Positions 1-8,331 of a DNA stretch of 64,000 nucleotides are shown piece by piece. The notes under the pieces were generated by a model. It was not told the DNA's origin and did no database searches. It saw only the letters and a program-made list of their open reading frames with translations. Every line of letters begins with the position of its first letter. Positions within the stretch are counted from its first letter, which is position 1. The position numbers and the translations under genes were made by a program. Where the stretch lies: assembly GCA_012521215.1 (NCBI GenBank), contig JAAYMU010000045.1, positions 2,587 through 66,586 on the forward strand, given 5' to 3'. The DNA comes from Peptococcaceae bacterium. Its GTDB lineage: Bacteria; Bacillota; Desulfitobacteriia; Desulfitobacteriales; Syntrophobotulaceae.

Positions 1-2
1 GC

Positions 3-185
3 GAATATGCTGTTGTGGAAATGGATGATAGGATTATGAAAAACATAAAAATAGAAATACTTCCGCAAGGAATAAAAGAAGGTACGGCTATTAAGTTTGT
101 AAATGGTGAATGGCAGATTGACCGGGAAAGAACCGAAAATCTTAAATCCGAAATTGATGAATTGGCCAAAAACTTGTTTGAATAA
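3..185 (+). CDS. DUF3006-like small protein, C-terminal part (5' end outside window)
   Basis: Frame 3 is open from the window edge to TAA at 183-185. The translation EYAVVEMDDRIMKNIKIEILPQGIKEGTAIKFVNGEWQIDRERTENLKSEIDELAKNLFE fits the DUF3006 pattern as I remember it. It is too short and partial for the ORF track. Confidence 0.5.
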   Translation, partial: EYAVVEMDDRIMKNIKIEILPQGIKEGTAIKFVNGEWQIDRERTENLKSEIDELAKNLFE

Positions 186-194
186 ACCCCAAAC

Positions 195-222
195 AGCCCC
201 TGGGACCTAAATCCCCGGGGCT
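195..222 (+). terminator. Hairpin AGCCCC/GGGGCT after the DUF3006-like gene
   Basis: AGCCCC (195-200) pairs with GGGGCT (217-222) and is followed by TTTGG. The stem is short and the U-tract is weak. Confidence 0.35.
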
Positions 223-337
223 TTGGTCTGCTCAAGGCAAAATCCGGCACCAGCCGGGAAGATCGCAAGATCCTGTCCCCACAAGGGAAAAGATGGAGTC
301 TCAACAGACAGGATTCAATACCAGATTGCAAAAAAAC

Positions 338-1618
338 TCATATATTCTTGCGCACTATAAAATTGTCCTCCAGCAGGAGCCAATTGGGAGTAAACCCTCC
401 TCGTAAAACCCAATAGAAAAATCCCCGCAGTCCCAGTTCTTTAACCAGATCGAACTTAGCTTGAATACTTCTGACATCCTCAAACCAAACAACATGTCTT
501 TGGCCCTGCTCATCTGTGTAGTAAAAGAAAGGCGCTTGGGAAGTTTGATCGTACTGAATATTCACCCCGTAACGGACGGCCAAATCAACAGCCTGCTGGG
601 GAGTAATAGATCTTGCCCATCTTCCGCCCCGCACATAAGGCAGGGTCCAATCATAGCCATAATGAGGAATACCCATCATAATTTTATTCTTGGGAACGAC
701 AGAAACAGCATATTCCATGACTCTTCGCACTTGAGGGAGGGGAGATACGGCCATGGGTGGACCACCCGACCATCCCCATTCATAAGTCATAAAGAAAACT
801 ATATCCACAATCTGCCCCACAGCGGGATAATCGTGGCCCTCATAGAGCAGACCTACTTGTTCCCCGCCGGTTTTAGGGGCTAGGGCAGCTGAAAGCAAAT
901 ACCCTCTGGCTCGGACTCGCTGAGCGGCCCTCCGAAGAAAATTATTGTATCTCTCCCTGTTTTCTCTTCCCAGGTATTCGAAATCAAAATCTAAAATTCG
1001 GTACCCTTTGCTGTCCATAATTCGCAGCGCTTCAGTTATTACCCTGTCCTGGATTTGTTCGCTGGACAAGACGGCCGTAGCAAGATTTGTGCTGAAAGTA
1101 CCGTTTTCGAAATTTGCCAAAACCATTACCGGAACAACCCTGTTTCTCAAAGCTGCCCTGATCACTGCCTGGTCATCAACCGCCGTAAGGCTGCCATCCC
1201 TGTTTACCGCATAAGTAAAAACCGCCAAATCCGTAAGGTATGGTCCGGCTTCGTCGACCAGAGCCGGAGAACGGGCTCCGGTCATTCTGGGATCAAGATA
1301 GGCGCTGGTCTCCACCATGGTGCGAGGCCTTGGCAGATATAAGCGTTGACCCACCATAATCCTATCCGGATTCTGAATATTATTCAAACGCACAATATCC
1401 GCTAGGGAGATTTCGTAACGCCGGCTTATAGTCCATAAGCTATCTCCGGCCCGCACCGTATAAACTTGACCCTTAGTTGGAACAAGCAAAGCTTGCCCGC
1501 TAACAAGCCTTCCGGGAACCGTAAGTCTATTAGCATCCAGCATCTGCTGAAAGGTTACGCCGTAATTCCGGGCAATCTGCCAGAGACTGTCCCCGGGTTT
1601 AACAATATGTATCTGCAT
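338..1618 (-). CDS. LysM-LysM-glycoside hydrolase family 18 protein (YaaH/YdhD-like spore peptidoglycan hydrolase)
   Basis: There are two LysM repeats (HIVKPGDSLWQIARNYGV..., YTVRAGDSLWTISRRYEI...) and a GH18 DxxDxDxE-type motif (LDFDFEY). I place the start at the internal ATG at 1618 (MQIHIV) because GGGGG lies 8 nt upstream. The track ORF extends to 1687. Confidence 0.85.
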   Translation of the reverse strand: MQIHIVKPGDSLWQIARNYGVTFQQMLDANRLTVPGRLVSGQALLVPTKGQVYTVRAGDSLWTISRRYEISLADIVRLNNIQNPDRIMVGQRLYLPRPRTMVETSAYLDPRMTGARSPALVDEAGPYLTDLAVFTYAVNRDGSLTAVDDQAVIRAALRNRVVPVMVLANFENGTFSTNLATAVLSSEQIQDRVITEALRIMDSKGYRILDFDFEYLGRENRERYNNFLRRAAQRVRARGYLLSAALAPKTGGEQVGLLYEGHDYPAVGQIVDIVFFMTYEWGWSGGPPMAVSPLPQVRRVMEYAVSVVPKNKIMMGIPHYGYDWTLPYVRGGRWARSITPQQAVDLAVRYGVNIQYDQTSQAPFFYYTDEQGQRHVVWFEDVRSIQAKFDLVKELGLRGFFYWVLRGGFTPNWLLLEDNFIVRKNI

Positions 1619-1648
1619 TAGATGTTCCCCCTTTTCTACTAAACACCT

Positions 1649-1668
1649 CGTAATAGTACGTAATAGTA
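1649..1668. repeat. Perfect 10-bp tandem repeat cgtaatagta x2 in the GH18 gene leader/promoter
   Basis: The copies at 1649-1658 and 1659-1668 are identical. They lie 31-50 nt upstream of the ATG at 1618. Confidence 0.7.
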
Positions 1669-1722
1669 TATGAAAAGAGGGAAGCAAGGGCTAAACTTCG
1701 GTCCGGTTTGTTCCAATAAAGC

Positions 1723-2244
1723 TTAATAAAGAACTAAGGTAAAAAAACCTACGTGGCCTCCTCCGGCATTATAAGTCATGCCCAGTTCTCGGGACAGGCG
1801 CACAACATCTATCCCACTGCCTTCCATGGAATATTGTATTTTTTCCGGAAAACGGCAGGGCTTGTTTTCCAAAGCAGCGCATTTCTCACATACCGTGCAT
1901 GGTCCGGCTCCCATGATTTGCACATCGTCATCCTTAAACTCGCGCCTTAGTTCCCGGTGAATGCGATCTAAATCCGACATAGATTTCTCCATTTCCTTCC
2001 TGGAAACCATAGAGACAATCTTGGAAATCAAAAAAGCATTTTGATAACGAAGAACTCGGTTTTGCCTTTCTTCCTGGCTACCGGCCAAAGGCGGACAACC
2101 GTAATTTCGGCCAAAATTCCCACATGTATTTCGGGCACACTGCTCAACTACATCCTGGGAAAAGATGATCTCCGCGGTAGATATTTTTTTGTATTCATCA
2201 AACCCCAAACGGGTGAGGGCTTCTACTAATCTTTGTTCCAACAT
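1723..2244 (-). CDS. DUF2284-type predicted metal-binding protein
   Basis: Cys-rich motifs CARNTCGNFGRNYGCPP and CTVCEKCAALENKPC match the family pattern as I remember it. Confidence 0.6.
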   Translation of the reverse strand: MLEQRLVEALTRLGFDEYKKISTAEIIFSQDVVEQCARNTCGNFGRNYGCPPLAGSQEERQNRVLRYQNAFLISKIVSMVSRKEMEKSMSDLDRIHRELRREFKDDDVQIMGAGPCTVCEKCAALENKPCRFPEKIQYSMEGSGIDVVRLSRELGMTYNAGGGHVGFFTLVLY

Positions 2245-2301
2245 AATTAAGCCTCTCTTAATTTTTTCATTAATAATATTAGTTAAATAATGTTTAAACC
2301 A

Positions 2302-2946
2302 TTAAGCCAGTTCTTCTTCCGAGGCGGTCATTTCCTTGACAGGAGAAAAAGAACGGCGGTGAACAGGACAGGGGCCGTACTTTTCCAGAGCCTCAAAGTG
2401 GGACCGGGTAGGATAGCCTTTATGGCGATCAAAATTATAAACCGGGTAAAGTTCGTGCAGCTCGTACATGTACCGGTCTCTATCGACTTTAGCCAGAATA
2501 GAGGCCGCGGCGATACAGGCACATAACCTGTCCCCCCCAATAACGGCTCTGTGCTCCAAAGAAATATCCAGTTTATCCCGGCCATCAACAAGAGCGTAAT
2601 TGGGCGCAATGCTAAGACCTGCTAAAGCTCTTTTCATGGCCAGTTTGGAAGCATTAAGAATATTGAGCCTATCAATCTCCAAGTGGCTGGCACTGGCCAC
2701 GCAGTAAGCCACAGCCTGCTCTTTAATCAGGTCTGCAAGATACTCTCTTTTTTTTTCCGTAAGTTTTTTGGAATCATCAAGTCCTGGAAGATCAAATTCC
2801 TCCGGAAGAATACAGGCCGCAGCAGTGACCGGGCCGGCCAGCGGCCCTCGTCCCGCTTCATCCACCCCGGCAACCAATTTGTATCCTTTGGCCCGTAATT
2901 CCCTTTCCAAGCGCAAAAAATTCTCTTTTCTCTGTTCCTCATGCAT
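2302..2946 (-). CDS. rnhB: Ribonuclease HII
   Basis: GVDEAGRGPLAGPV active-site motif. The gene sits in the conserved position after rbgA. Confidence 0.95.
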   Translation of the reverse strand: MHEEQRKENFLRLERELRAKGYKLVAGVDEAGRGPLAGPVTAAACILPEEFDLPGLDDSKKLTEKKREYLADLIKEQAVAYCVASASHLEIDRLNILNASKLAMKRALAGLSIAPNYALVDGRDKLDISLEHRAVIGGDRLCACIAAASILAKVDRDRYMYELHELYPVYNFDRHKGYPTRSHFEALEKYGPCPVHRRSFSPVKEMTASEEELA

Positions 2947-2955
2947 TTAAGTACC

Positions 2956-2991
2956 CTCACCTTGCTAATCCATCTCACCTTGCTAATCCAT
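2956..2991. repeat. Perfect 18-bp tandem duplication spanning the rbgA stop codon
   Basis: ctcaccttgctaatccat occurs at 2956-2973 and again at 2974-2991. The second copy holds the rbgA codons M-D-stop. The first copy supplies the AAGGTGAGGG Shine-Dalgarno of rnhB. Confidence 0.9.
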
Positions 2992-3804
2992 TACTACTTT
3001 GGCAACCTTCCCTTCGCGAAATTCGCGCAGCAAAATTTGCGCTGCCTTTAAGGTATCGATTTTACCACCGCTTATAAGGCATCCTCTTCTTTGCCCGATA
3101 CTTTCCAAATTTAGCTCTTCTTCTTGTAGATTGTAAAAAGCCATAAGCTCCTGAGGATAATTTTGCTTAAACCATTGTAGCAACCAAGCTGCTAATTCCT
3201 CCTGATCGAACACTTCATCTTTTACAGCACCGGTTGCCGCCAGTTTTTTGCCCACTTCCGGATCATCAAATTTAGGCCAAAACATCCCCGGCGTATCAAG
3301 GAGTTCCAATTTAGGATTAATTCTAATCCACTGGTTTCCTCGAGTTACCCCCGGTTTATTACCTGTTTTGGCTTGAGAACCCCCGGTAAGCCGGTTAATC
3401 AGTGAGGATTTGCCTATATTGGGAATACCAACCACCATTGCCCTTATCGGTCTGGCTCGGACCCCTCGTTTCTCCAGTTGTTTCCTTTTATCTGCCATGA
3501 GATTTTCCAGGATACCAGCAATCTTTTTCACTCCCATCCCGCTTTGAGCGCTTATGGCTAGAACCGGGCTTTTTTTGCCTAATTCATCGAGCCAAGGGTT
3601 AAGTCTGTTGCTATCTGCCAAATCAGCTTTATTCAAAAGAAGAAGCCTCGGCTTTTTCCCTAAAAGTTCCTTAAGAAGTGGATTCCTGCTGCTTATAGGC
3701 AGACGAGCATCACCAAGCTCCAGAACCACATCCACCCAACGTAACTGTTCTTCCAGTTTTCTTTTTGTTTTGGTCATATGACCGGGATACCATTGAATAT
3801 TCAA
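2983..3804 (-). CDS. rbgA: Ribosome biogenesis GTPase A (YlqF/RbgA)
   Basis: N-terminus MNIQWYPGHMTKTKRKL and a circularly permuted GTPase pattern (LLNKADL ... GIPNIGKSSLIN). Confidence 0.95.
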   Translation of the reverse strand: MNIQWYPGHMTKTKRKLEEQLRWVDVVLELGDARLPISSRNPLLKELLGKKPRLLLLNKADLADSNRLNPWLDELGKKSPVLAISAQSGMGVKKIAGILENLMADKRKQLEKRGVRARPIRAMVVGIPNIGKSSLINRLTGGSQAKTGNKPGVTRGNQWIRINPKLELLDTPGMFWPKFDDPEVGKKLAATGAVKDEVFDQEELAAWLLQWFKQNYPQELMAFYNLQEEELNLESIGQRRGCLISGGKIDTLKAAQILLREFREGKVAKVVMD

Positions 3805-3846
3805 TCTGCAGCCTCCAACAAAACGTAGAATAAAGCTGTTTCTCTT

Positions 3847-3874
3847 AAAAAAGAGCCGGAATTTCTCCAGCTCT
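3847..3874 (-). terminator. Intrinsic terminator after rplS
   Basis: On the minus strand AGAGCTGG-AGAAATT-CCGGCTCT (8 bp, one G-U pair) is followed by TTTTTT. Confidence 0.65.
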
Positions 3875-3909
3875 CTTTGCTAACACATTTGCTATAAGGA
3901 TTTCATGTT

Positions 3910-4251
3910 CTAGCGGCGCTCGCGAATTCGAGCAGCCTTGCCATAACGGTCACGTATATAGTACAGTTTGGCTCTACGTACAATACCCTTGCGAACTACC
4001 TCGATTTTGTCAATTCTTGGAGAGTGAAGAGGAAATGTTCTTTCCACACTAACTCCACTGGAAACACGACGCACGGTAAAAGTCTCTCTTAAACCGTCGC
4101 CTTTTCTTCTAATTACCAAGCCTTCAAAAACCTGAATACGTTCCCGCGAACCTTCAACAATCTTAACATGTACCCTAACTGTATCACCGGGACGGAACGA
4201 AGGAATATCGGTTTTCATTTGTTGTTGTTCTACAAGCTTAATATAATCCAT
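3910..4251 (-). CDS. rplS: 50S ribosomal protein L19
   Basis: [30 protein letters not shown]... is typical L19. I use the ATG at 4251, which is preceded by AAGGAAGGGGGG. The track ORF start at 4332 is an upstream extension. Confidence 0.95.
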   Translation of the reverse strand: MDYIKLVEQQQMKTDIPSFRPGDTVRVHVKIVEGSRERIQVFEGLVIRRKGDGLRETFTVRRVSSGVSVERTFPLHSPRIDKIEVVRKGIVRRAKLYYIRDRYGKAARIRERR

Positions 4252-4375
4252 TGATTTATTCCCCCCTTCCTTGCCTAGATGCTCATAACTCCTACCTAAT
4301 TTTATACTTAAATCCATATAAATGATCCACAAGGCTTAAACGAGCCAGAGGAACATCCGTTTTTCACACTAAAAT

Positions 4376-4404
4376 ATATTACCATAGTGCGGGAAAATAC
4401 GCAA
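4376..4404 (-). promoter_or_regulatory. Sigma-A-type promoter for rplS
   Basis: On the minus strand TTGCGT-N17-TAATAT, with TGG immediately 5' of the -10 (extended -10). It leaves a leader of about 120 nt. Confidence 0.5.
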
Positions 4405-4441
4405 TAATTTCATTCTAAACTTTCTATTTAAGGCTATTAAG

Positions 4442-5584
4442 TTAAAACCAACAGTTTAGCCAATACTTTTCAAAGCCCACTTTAAGCAGATAAGCCGCTT
4501 TAGTTGGCCTTATGAAAGTAAAAGTAGGTGGTTTTTTATAATAATGAACGGAAGTATAACAGCCTTGGCCGAATCCGGTATTTATAATACAAAACCCTTT
4601 GCCGTCATAATAGGATTCGGGTTTACTTCCTTGAGCCATGCTGGCTATATTCCGGGCTACCACTTTAGCCTGCATATGAGCAAAAATCCCTGCTTTGGGA
4701 GCGTAGACCCCCATAACCGGAGTCTTAATTGCAGCAGCATCGCCAATCGCATATACCCCTTTATACTTTGTTTCCAAGGTAAAGGGATCAACGTTAATAA
4801 AGCCATTCTTATCCACTAAATCCGTATTGCGAATAGCCTGCGGCGTCCAATGGGAAGCAATGCCTAACAGCAAATCAGCCGGGATTTTAGCATCGTGATC
4901 TAAGATAAGAGCATTTTTTTCCACAGCCAAAATTTTGGCTTCCGCAATTAATTCAATACCCCTATCCAAAAGCATCTTTCTTAATTTTTGGCTTATCTTA
5001 GGCCCTGCCAGAGATTCCGGAGATTTTTCCGGGGTAACTACCGTAAGTTTTACTTTATGGCGTATCCCCCTTTGCCGGAAATATTGATCAATAAGCAGCA
5101 TAATTTCATAAGGCCCTGGTGGGCATTTATAAGGTAGGCTGGATATGAATAACACTATTTTTCCGGCAGAAAACTCTCTTAATTTTTGATTCACTTTAAC
5201 GACATCTTGAAAATCATAAACATTGAAAGCATTTTCCCTAAATCCGGGTACGGTATCAAGATTATATTCTACACCCAAAGAAATTATCAGGTAATCGTAT
5301 TCTAAATCATGCTTATCTGTAATGACCCGGTGCCCGGCCAGATCCAATTCTTTAACTTCACAATGTCTAAATTCAATTCTTTTATTTTCCAAGCTTTTTA
5401 GTCCCTTGATTATTTGATTCGGCTGTCTTTCTCCGATTATAACCCTCGGATAGGAAGAAGCGAAGTAATGATTGGTTTCCCGATCTACCAGGGTGACCCG
5501 CATTGTTCTGCCCACCAGTTTCTTAAGAATATTGGCTGCAACAACACCACCGCTTCCCCCGCCCAGAATTAATGTCCTTTTCAT
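4442..5584 (-). CDS. FAD-dependent pyridine nucleotide-disulfide oxidoreductase, sulfide:quinone reductase / NDH-2-like
   Basis: N-terminal GGGSGG dinucleotide fold, a YKCPPGPYE motif resembling the SQR redox-Cys loop, and a GDAAA FAD motif. Confidence 0.7.
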   Translation of the reverse strand: MKRTLILGGGSGGVVAANILKKLVGRTMRVTLVDRETNHYFASSYPRVIIGERQPNQIIKGLKSLENKRIEFRHCEVKELDLAGHRVITDKHDLEYDYLIISLGVEYNLDTVPGFRENAFNVYDFQDVVKVNQKLREFSAGKIVLFISSLPYKCPPGPYEIMLLIDQYFRQRGIRHKVKLTVVTPEKSPESLAGPKISQKLRKMLLDRGIELIAEAKILAVEKNALILDHDAKIPADLLLGIASHWTPQAIRNTDLVDKNGFINVDPFTLETKYKGVYAIGDAAAIKTPVMGVYAPKAGIFAHMQAKVVARNIASMAQGSKPESYYDGKGFCIINTGFGQGCYTSVHYYKKPPTFTFIRPTKAAYLLKVGFEKYWLNCWF

Positions 5585-5746
5585 AAACTCACCTCAGGGC
5601 TATTTTATCCCAAGGCCAGGACTTTATACTTGATTTGCAATCTCTTCCTTCGCTTGCCGGTCAAACGGTCTTTCTGCTCGAGCGTTCAATTGTTGCTTAT
5701 ATGAAAAGCTAGGTGTTCAGGTCGACATAGGGAATATGGTACAGAT

Positions 5747-6307
5747 TTAATTTCCTCTTAAGCGGTCTAAAATAATAGCCGCTGCCGAACGGACTGACAG
5801 GTGATTATATTCTCCATAGCCATAAACCGGTTTCAAAATATAATCAGTTTTCTCTATTTCTTCCTTAATAATTCCCCAGCCCGTACCGAAAAGCAGCAGA
5901 AAAACATCTTCCGTCTCTTCCAATCTCCGGCGCAAGTCTTTGTATTCTATAGTATTGGGATAAAGCCGCGCATCAGTTGCCACCGTATATACTTTTCTTC
6001 CTTGTTGTTCTTGAGCCAGATCCTTAAGCACATCTTCCAGATTTGATTTTAGCCTGACATGAGCCAAGGCCTCATAGCGGTTTGGATTATATTCCGCTCC
6101 AAACCCTTCCTGCCAAAAACTCATAATCCTACGGGCTAAATCCTGCTGGGCAGGTCCGGGATGAACAAGGTAAAAGGCCTTGACTCCGTATGTTGCCGAA
6201 CAGCGGGCAATATCGTGGATATCAAGGTTAGTGATTGAGGTTGCAATGTGTTCCATATTCTTGTTATAAACGGGTGCATGAATCAAAGCTATGTACAATT
6301 CCCCCAT
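5747..6307 (-). CDS. SPOUT-fold predicted RNA methyltransferase (TM1570 / Methyltrn_RNA_4-like)
   Basis: The start MGELYIALIHAPVYNK lies 4 nt after the trmD stop. The ITNLDIHDIAR motif and the position directly downstream of trmD match Thermotoga TM1570. Confidence 0.6.
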   Translation of the reverse strand: MGELYIALIHAPVYNKNMEHIATSITNLDIHDIARCSATYGVKAFYLVHPGPAQQDLARRIMSFWQEGFGAEYNPNRYEALAHVRLKSNLEDVLKDLAQEQQGRKVYTVATDARLYPNTIEYKDLRRRLEETEDVFLLLFGTGWGIIKEEIEKTDYILKPVYGYGEYNHLSVRSAAAIILDRLRGN

Positions 6308-6311
6308 AACT

Positions 6312-7118
6312 TCACTCCCCTGATAAATGTTTACGTTTTTTCCTTTTAGGTTTAGGTTCAAGATGCTCCCATTTGGGCCGATAGTTAATCAGGCCGGGAC
6401 ATTCCGAACATAAGTCTTCCAGTATTTCGTAATCGCCCTGCTGAAATTCTATCTCAGCAAAAAGATCAGGGCGACGCATAAAAGTGCGGCGCAGAGATTC
6501 CTTTCTTCGCCACTTTTCAATCTCAGCATGATGTCCTGAAAGAAGAATTTCGGGCACCTTCATCCCCTCATAATCCGGGGGACGGGTATATTGAGGATAT
6601 TCAAGCAATCCTTGGCTATGGGAATCATGCTCCCAAGAATTGGCCTTGCCTAAAACCCCGGGTAAAAGTCGGGCCACAGAGTCGATTACCACCATAGCTG
6701 CCAGCTCTCCGCCTGTTAAAACAAAATCTCCGATCGAAAGCTCCTCATCCGCCAAGGACCTTATCCTTTCGTCAAAACCTTCGTAGTGTCCGCATAAGAA
6801 GATAAGGTGATCATAAAGTGAGAGCTCATGCGCTTTTTTTTGATTATATAATTGCCCCTGGGGTGATAGAAGAATGGTTCTGCTGTTACCTATTTTTTCC
6901 ACACTGGCCATAGCATTAAAAATAGGTTCCGGCTTTAGAACCATTCCTGCTCCCCCGCCATAGGGGACATCATCTACATTTTTATGTTTACTAAGGGCAA
7001 AATCCCGGAAATTCACTAATTCAATCTCTATAAGCCCTGATTCCTGGGCTCTTTTGAGGATACTTTTCTGGATAGGGACAAACATTTCCGGGAAAATTGT
7101 CAAGACAGTAAATTTCAT
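6312..7118 (-). CDS. trmD: tRNA (guanine37-N1)-methyltransferase
   Basis: MKFTVLTIFPEMF..., GGGAGMV, SIGDFVLTGGE. It carries a basic C-terminal extension (KPKRKKRK). Confidence 0.95.
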   Translation of the reverse strand: MKFTVLTIFPEMFVPIQKSILKRAQESGLIEIELVNFRDFALSKHKNVDDVPYGGGAGMVLKPEPIFNAMASVEKIGNSRTILLSPQGQLYNQKKAHELSLYDHLIFLCGHYEGFDERIRSLADEELSIGDFVLTGGELAAMVVIDSVARLLPGVLGKANSWEHDSHSQGLLEYPQYTRPPDYEGMKVPEILLSGHHAEIEKWRRKESLRRTFMRRPDLFAEIEFQQGDYEILEDLCSECPGLINYRPKWEHLEPKPKRKKRKHLSGE

Positions 7119-7140
7119 GCTCTAACCTCATTCCCGGTCT

Positions 7141-7641
7141 TCAATCCAAAAGCCCCGGCGGTAAAATGACCTCCATCCTTTTGCCGGGGACATCCACTTT
7201 CTTAACCACGGACTTCAAGGCCGGAATACAAATTTCTCCCTTCTCACCCCGCACCAGATAGACATCGTTGGCCCCGGTCTCCAAAACACTGACCAGGGTA
7301 CCTAGGAGGACTTCATTCTCGTAAACCTTCATGCCCTCTAGTTCAAAATAATACCAGCGGTCTTTAAGGGGCGGTACTTCACTGTGATCAATCCTTACTT
7401 GAAATCCCCGATATTTTTCCGCCTCTTCGGGCGTATTAATTCCCTCTAATTTTAAAAAAACCATTCCTTTAGGATCAATCCGAACTCTCTGGATCTTAAA
7501 TTCAGAATGAACTTGATTGTTGGTCAAATATACTTTTTTTAGTTTTTTAAATCTCTGGGCATTATCAGTAAGGGGGTAGACCTTTATCTCACCCTTGATG
7601 CCAATCGGTTTAAGAACCTCTCCGACTACTACACTGTCCAT
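7141..7641 (-). CDS. rimM: 16S rRNA processing protein RimM
   Basis: VGEVLKPIGIKGEIKVYPLTD is typical. The gene follows the conserved order rpsP-KH-rimM-trmD. Confidence 0.92.
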   Translation of the reverse strand: MDSVVVGEVLKPIGIKGEIKVYPLTDNAQRFKKLKKVYLTNNQVHSEFKIQRVRIDPKGMVFLKLEGINTPEEAEKYRGFQVRIDHSEVPPLKDRWYYFELEGMKVYENEVLLGTLVSVLETGANDVYLVRGEKGEICIPALKSVVKKVDVPGKRMEVILPPGLLD

Positions 7642-7784
7642 AGTTTTTACCTTCTTAAAAGGAATATCCTAATGAATACCAGATTCTAATGAGGACAAGA
7701 GACAGAATTCGGGTGGAGTCAGAAGATTCAGTTCACCGTAATTCTGCCCCCTGCCTTCTCGACTACAGATATATGTCTTTAACC

Positions 7785-8030
7785 TTAAAGATCAATATCA
7801 ACAATTACTCTACGGCCGTCTTTAACAGCCGCAGCTTTGACAATGGTTCGAATTGCGTTAGCAATTTTTCCCTGTTTGCCAATCACTTTACCCATATCCT
7901 CCGGAGCGACCGTCAATTGAAGTTGTACGGTTTTATCCGTGGCATATTGAGCAACGATAACCTGGTCAGGATGATCTACCAAAGCTTTAGCTAGTACTTC
8001 CACAACTTCTTTCAGAGCAATCACCCCCAT
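7785..8030 (-). CDS. KH-domain RNA-binding protein (YlqC family)
   Basis: VIGKQGKIANAIRTIV KH motif. The start lies 3 nt after the rpsP stop. Confidence 0.9.
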   Translation of the reverse strand: MGVIALKEVVEVLAKALVDHPDQVIVAQYATDKTVQLQLTVAPEDMGKVIGKQGKIANAIRTIVKAAAVKDGRRVIVDIDL

Positions 8031-8032
8031 GC

Positions 8033-8296
8033 TTACTTGGACTTATGAAATTTTTCCATAATCCCGGCTTGTCTAAGCAAAGACCTTGCTGTATCTGAAG
8101 GCTGTGCTCCTTTGGAAAGCCACTCTAAAGCTTTGATCTCGTCAATTTTAATGACATGAGGGTTTTTAGTAGGATCATAATAGCCAATCTCTTCGATTGC
8201 TCTACCATCACGCCGGGTTGCTGAATCACATACCACAAGACGATAAAAAGGATTCTTTTTGGCACCCATACGGTGCAAGCGAATACTAGTTGCCAT
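8033..8296 (-). CDS. rpsP: 30S ribosomal protein S16
   Basis: [22 protein letters not shown] is classic S16. Confidence 0.95.
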   Translation of the reverse strand: MATSIRLHRMGAKKNPFYRLVVCDSATRRDGRAIEEIGYYDPTKNPHVIKIDEIKALEWLSKGAQPSDTARSLLRQAGIMEKFHKSK

Positions 8297-8331
8297 AATT
8301 TCACCTCCTCGGCAATGAGAATTATTCTATT

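Noticed and set aside
1619-1722. Sigma-E or sigma-K sporulation promoter for the YaaH-like hydrolase. The minus strand has CATATACTA resembling the sigma-K -10 (CATANNNTA).
   Set aside because: No acceptable -35 (AC for sigma-K, ATA-type for sigma-E) lies at the right spacing, so the call would rest on a single -10-like string.
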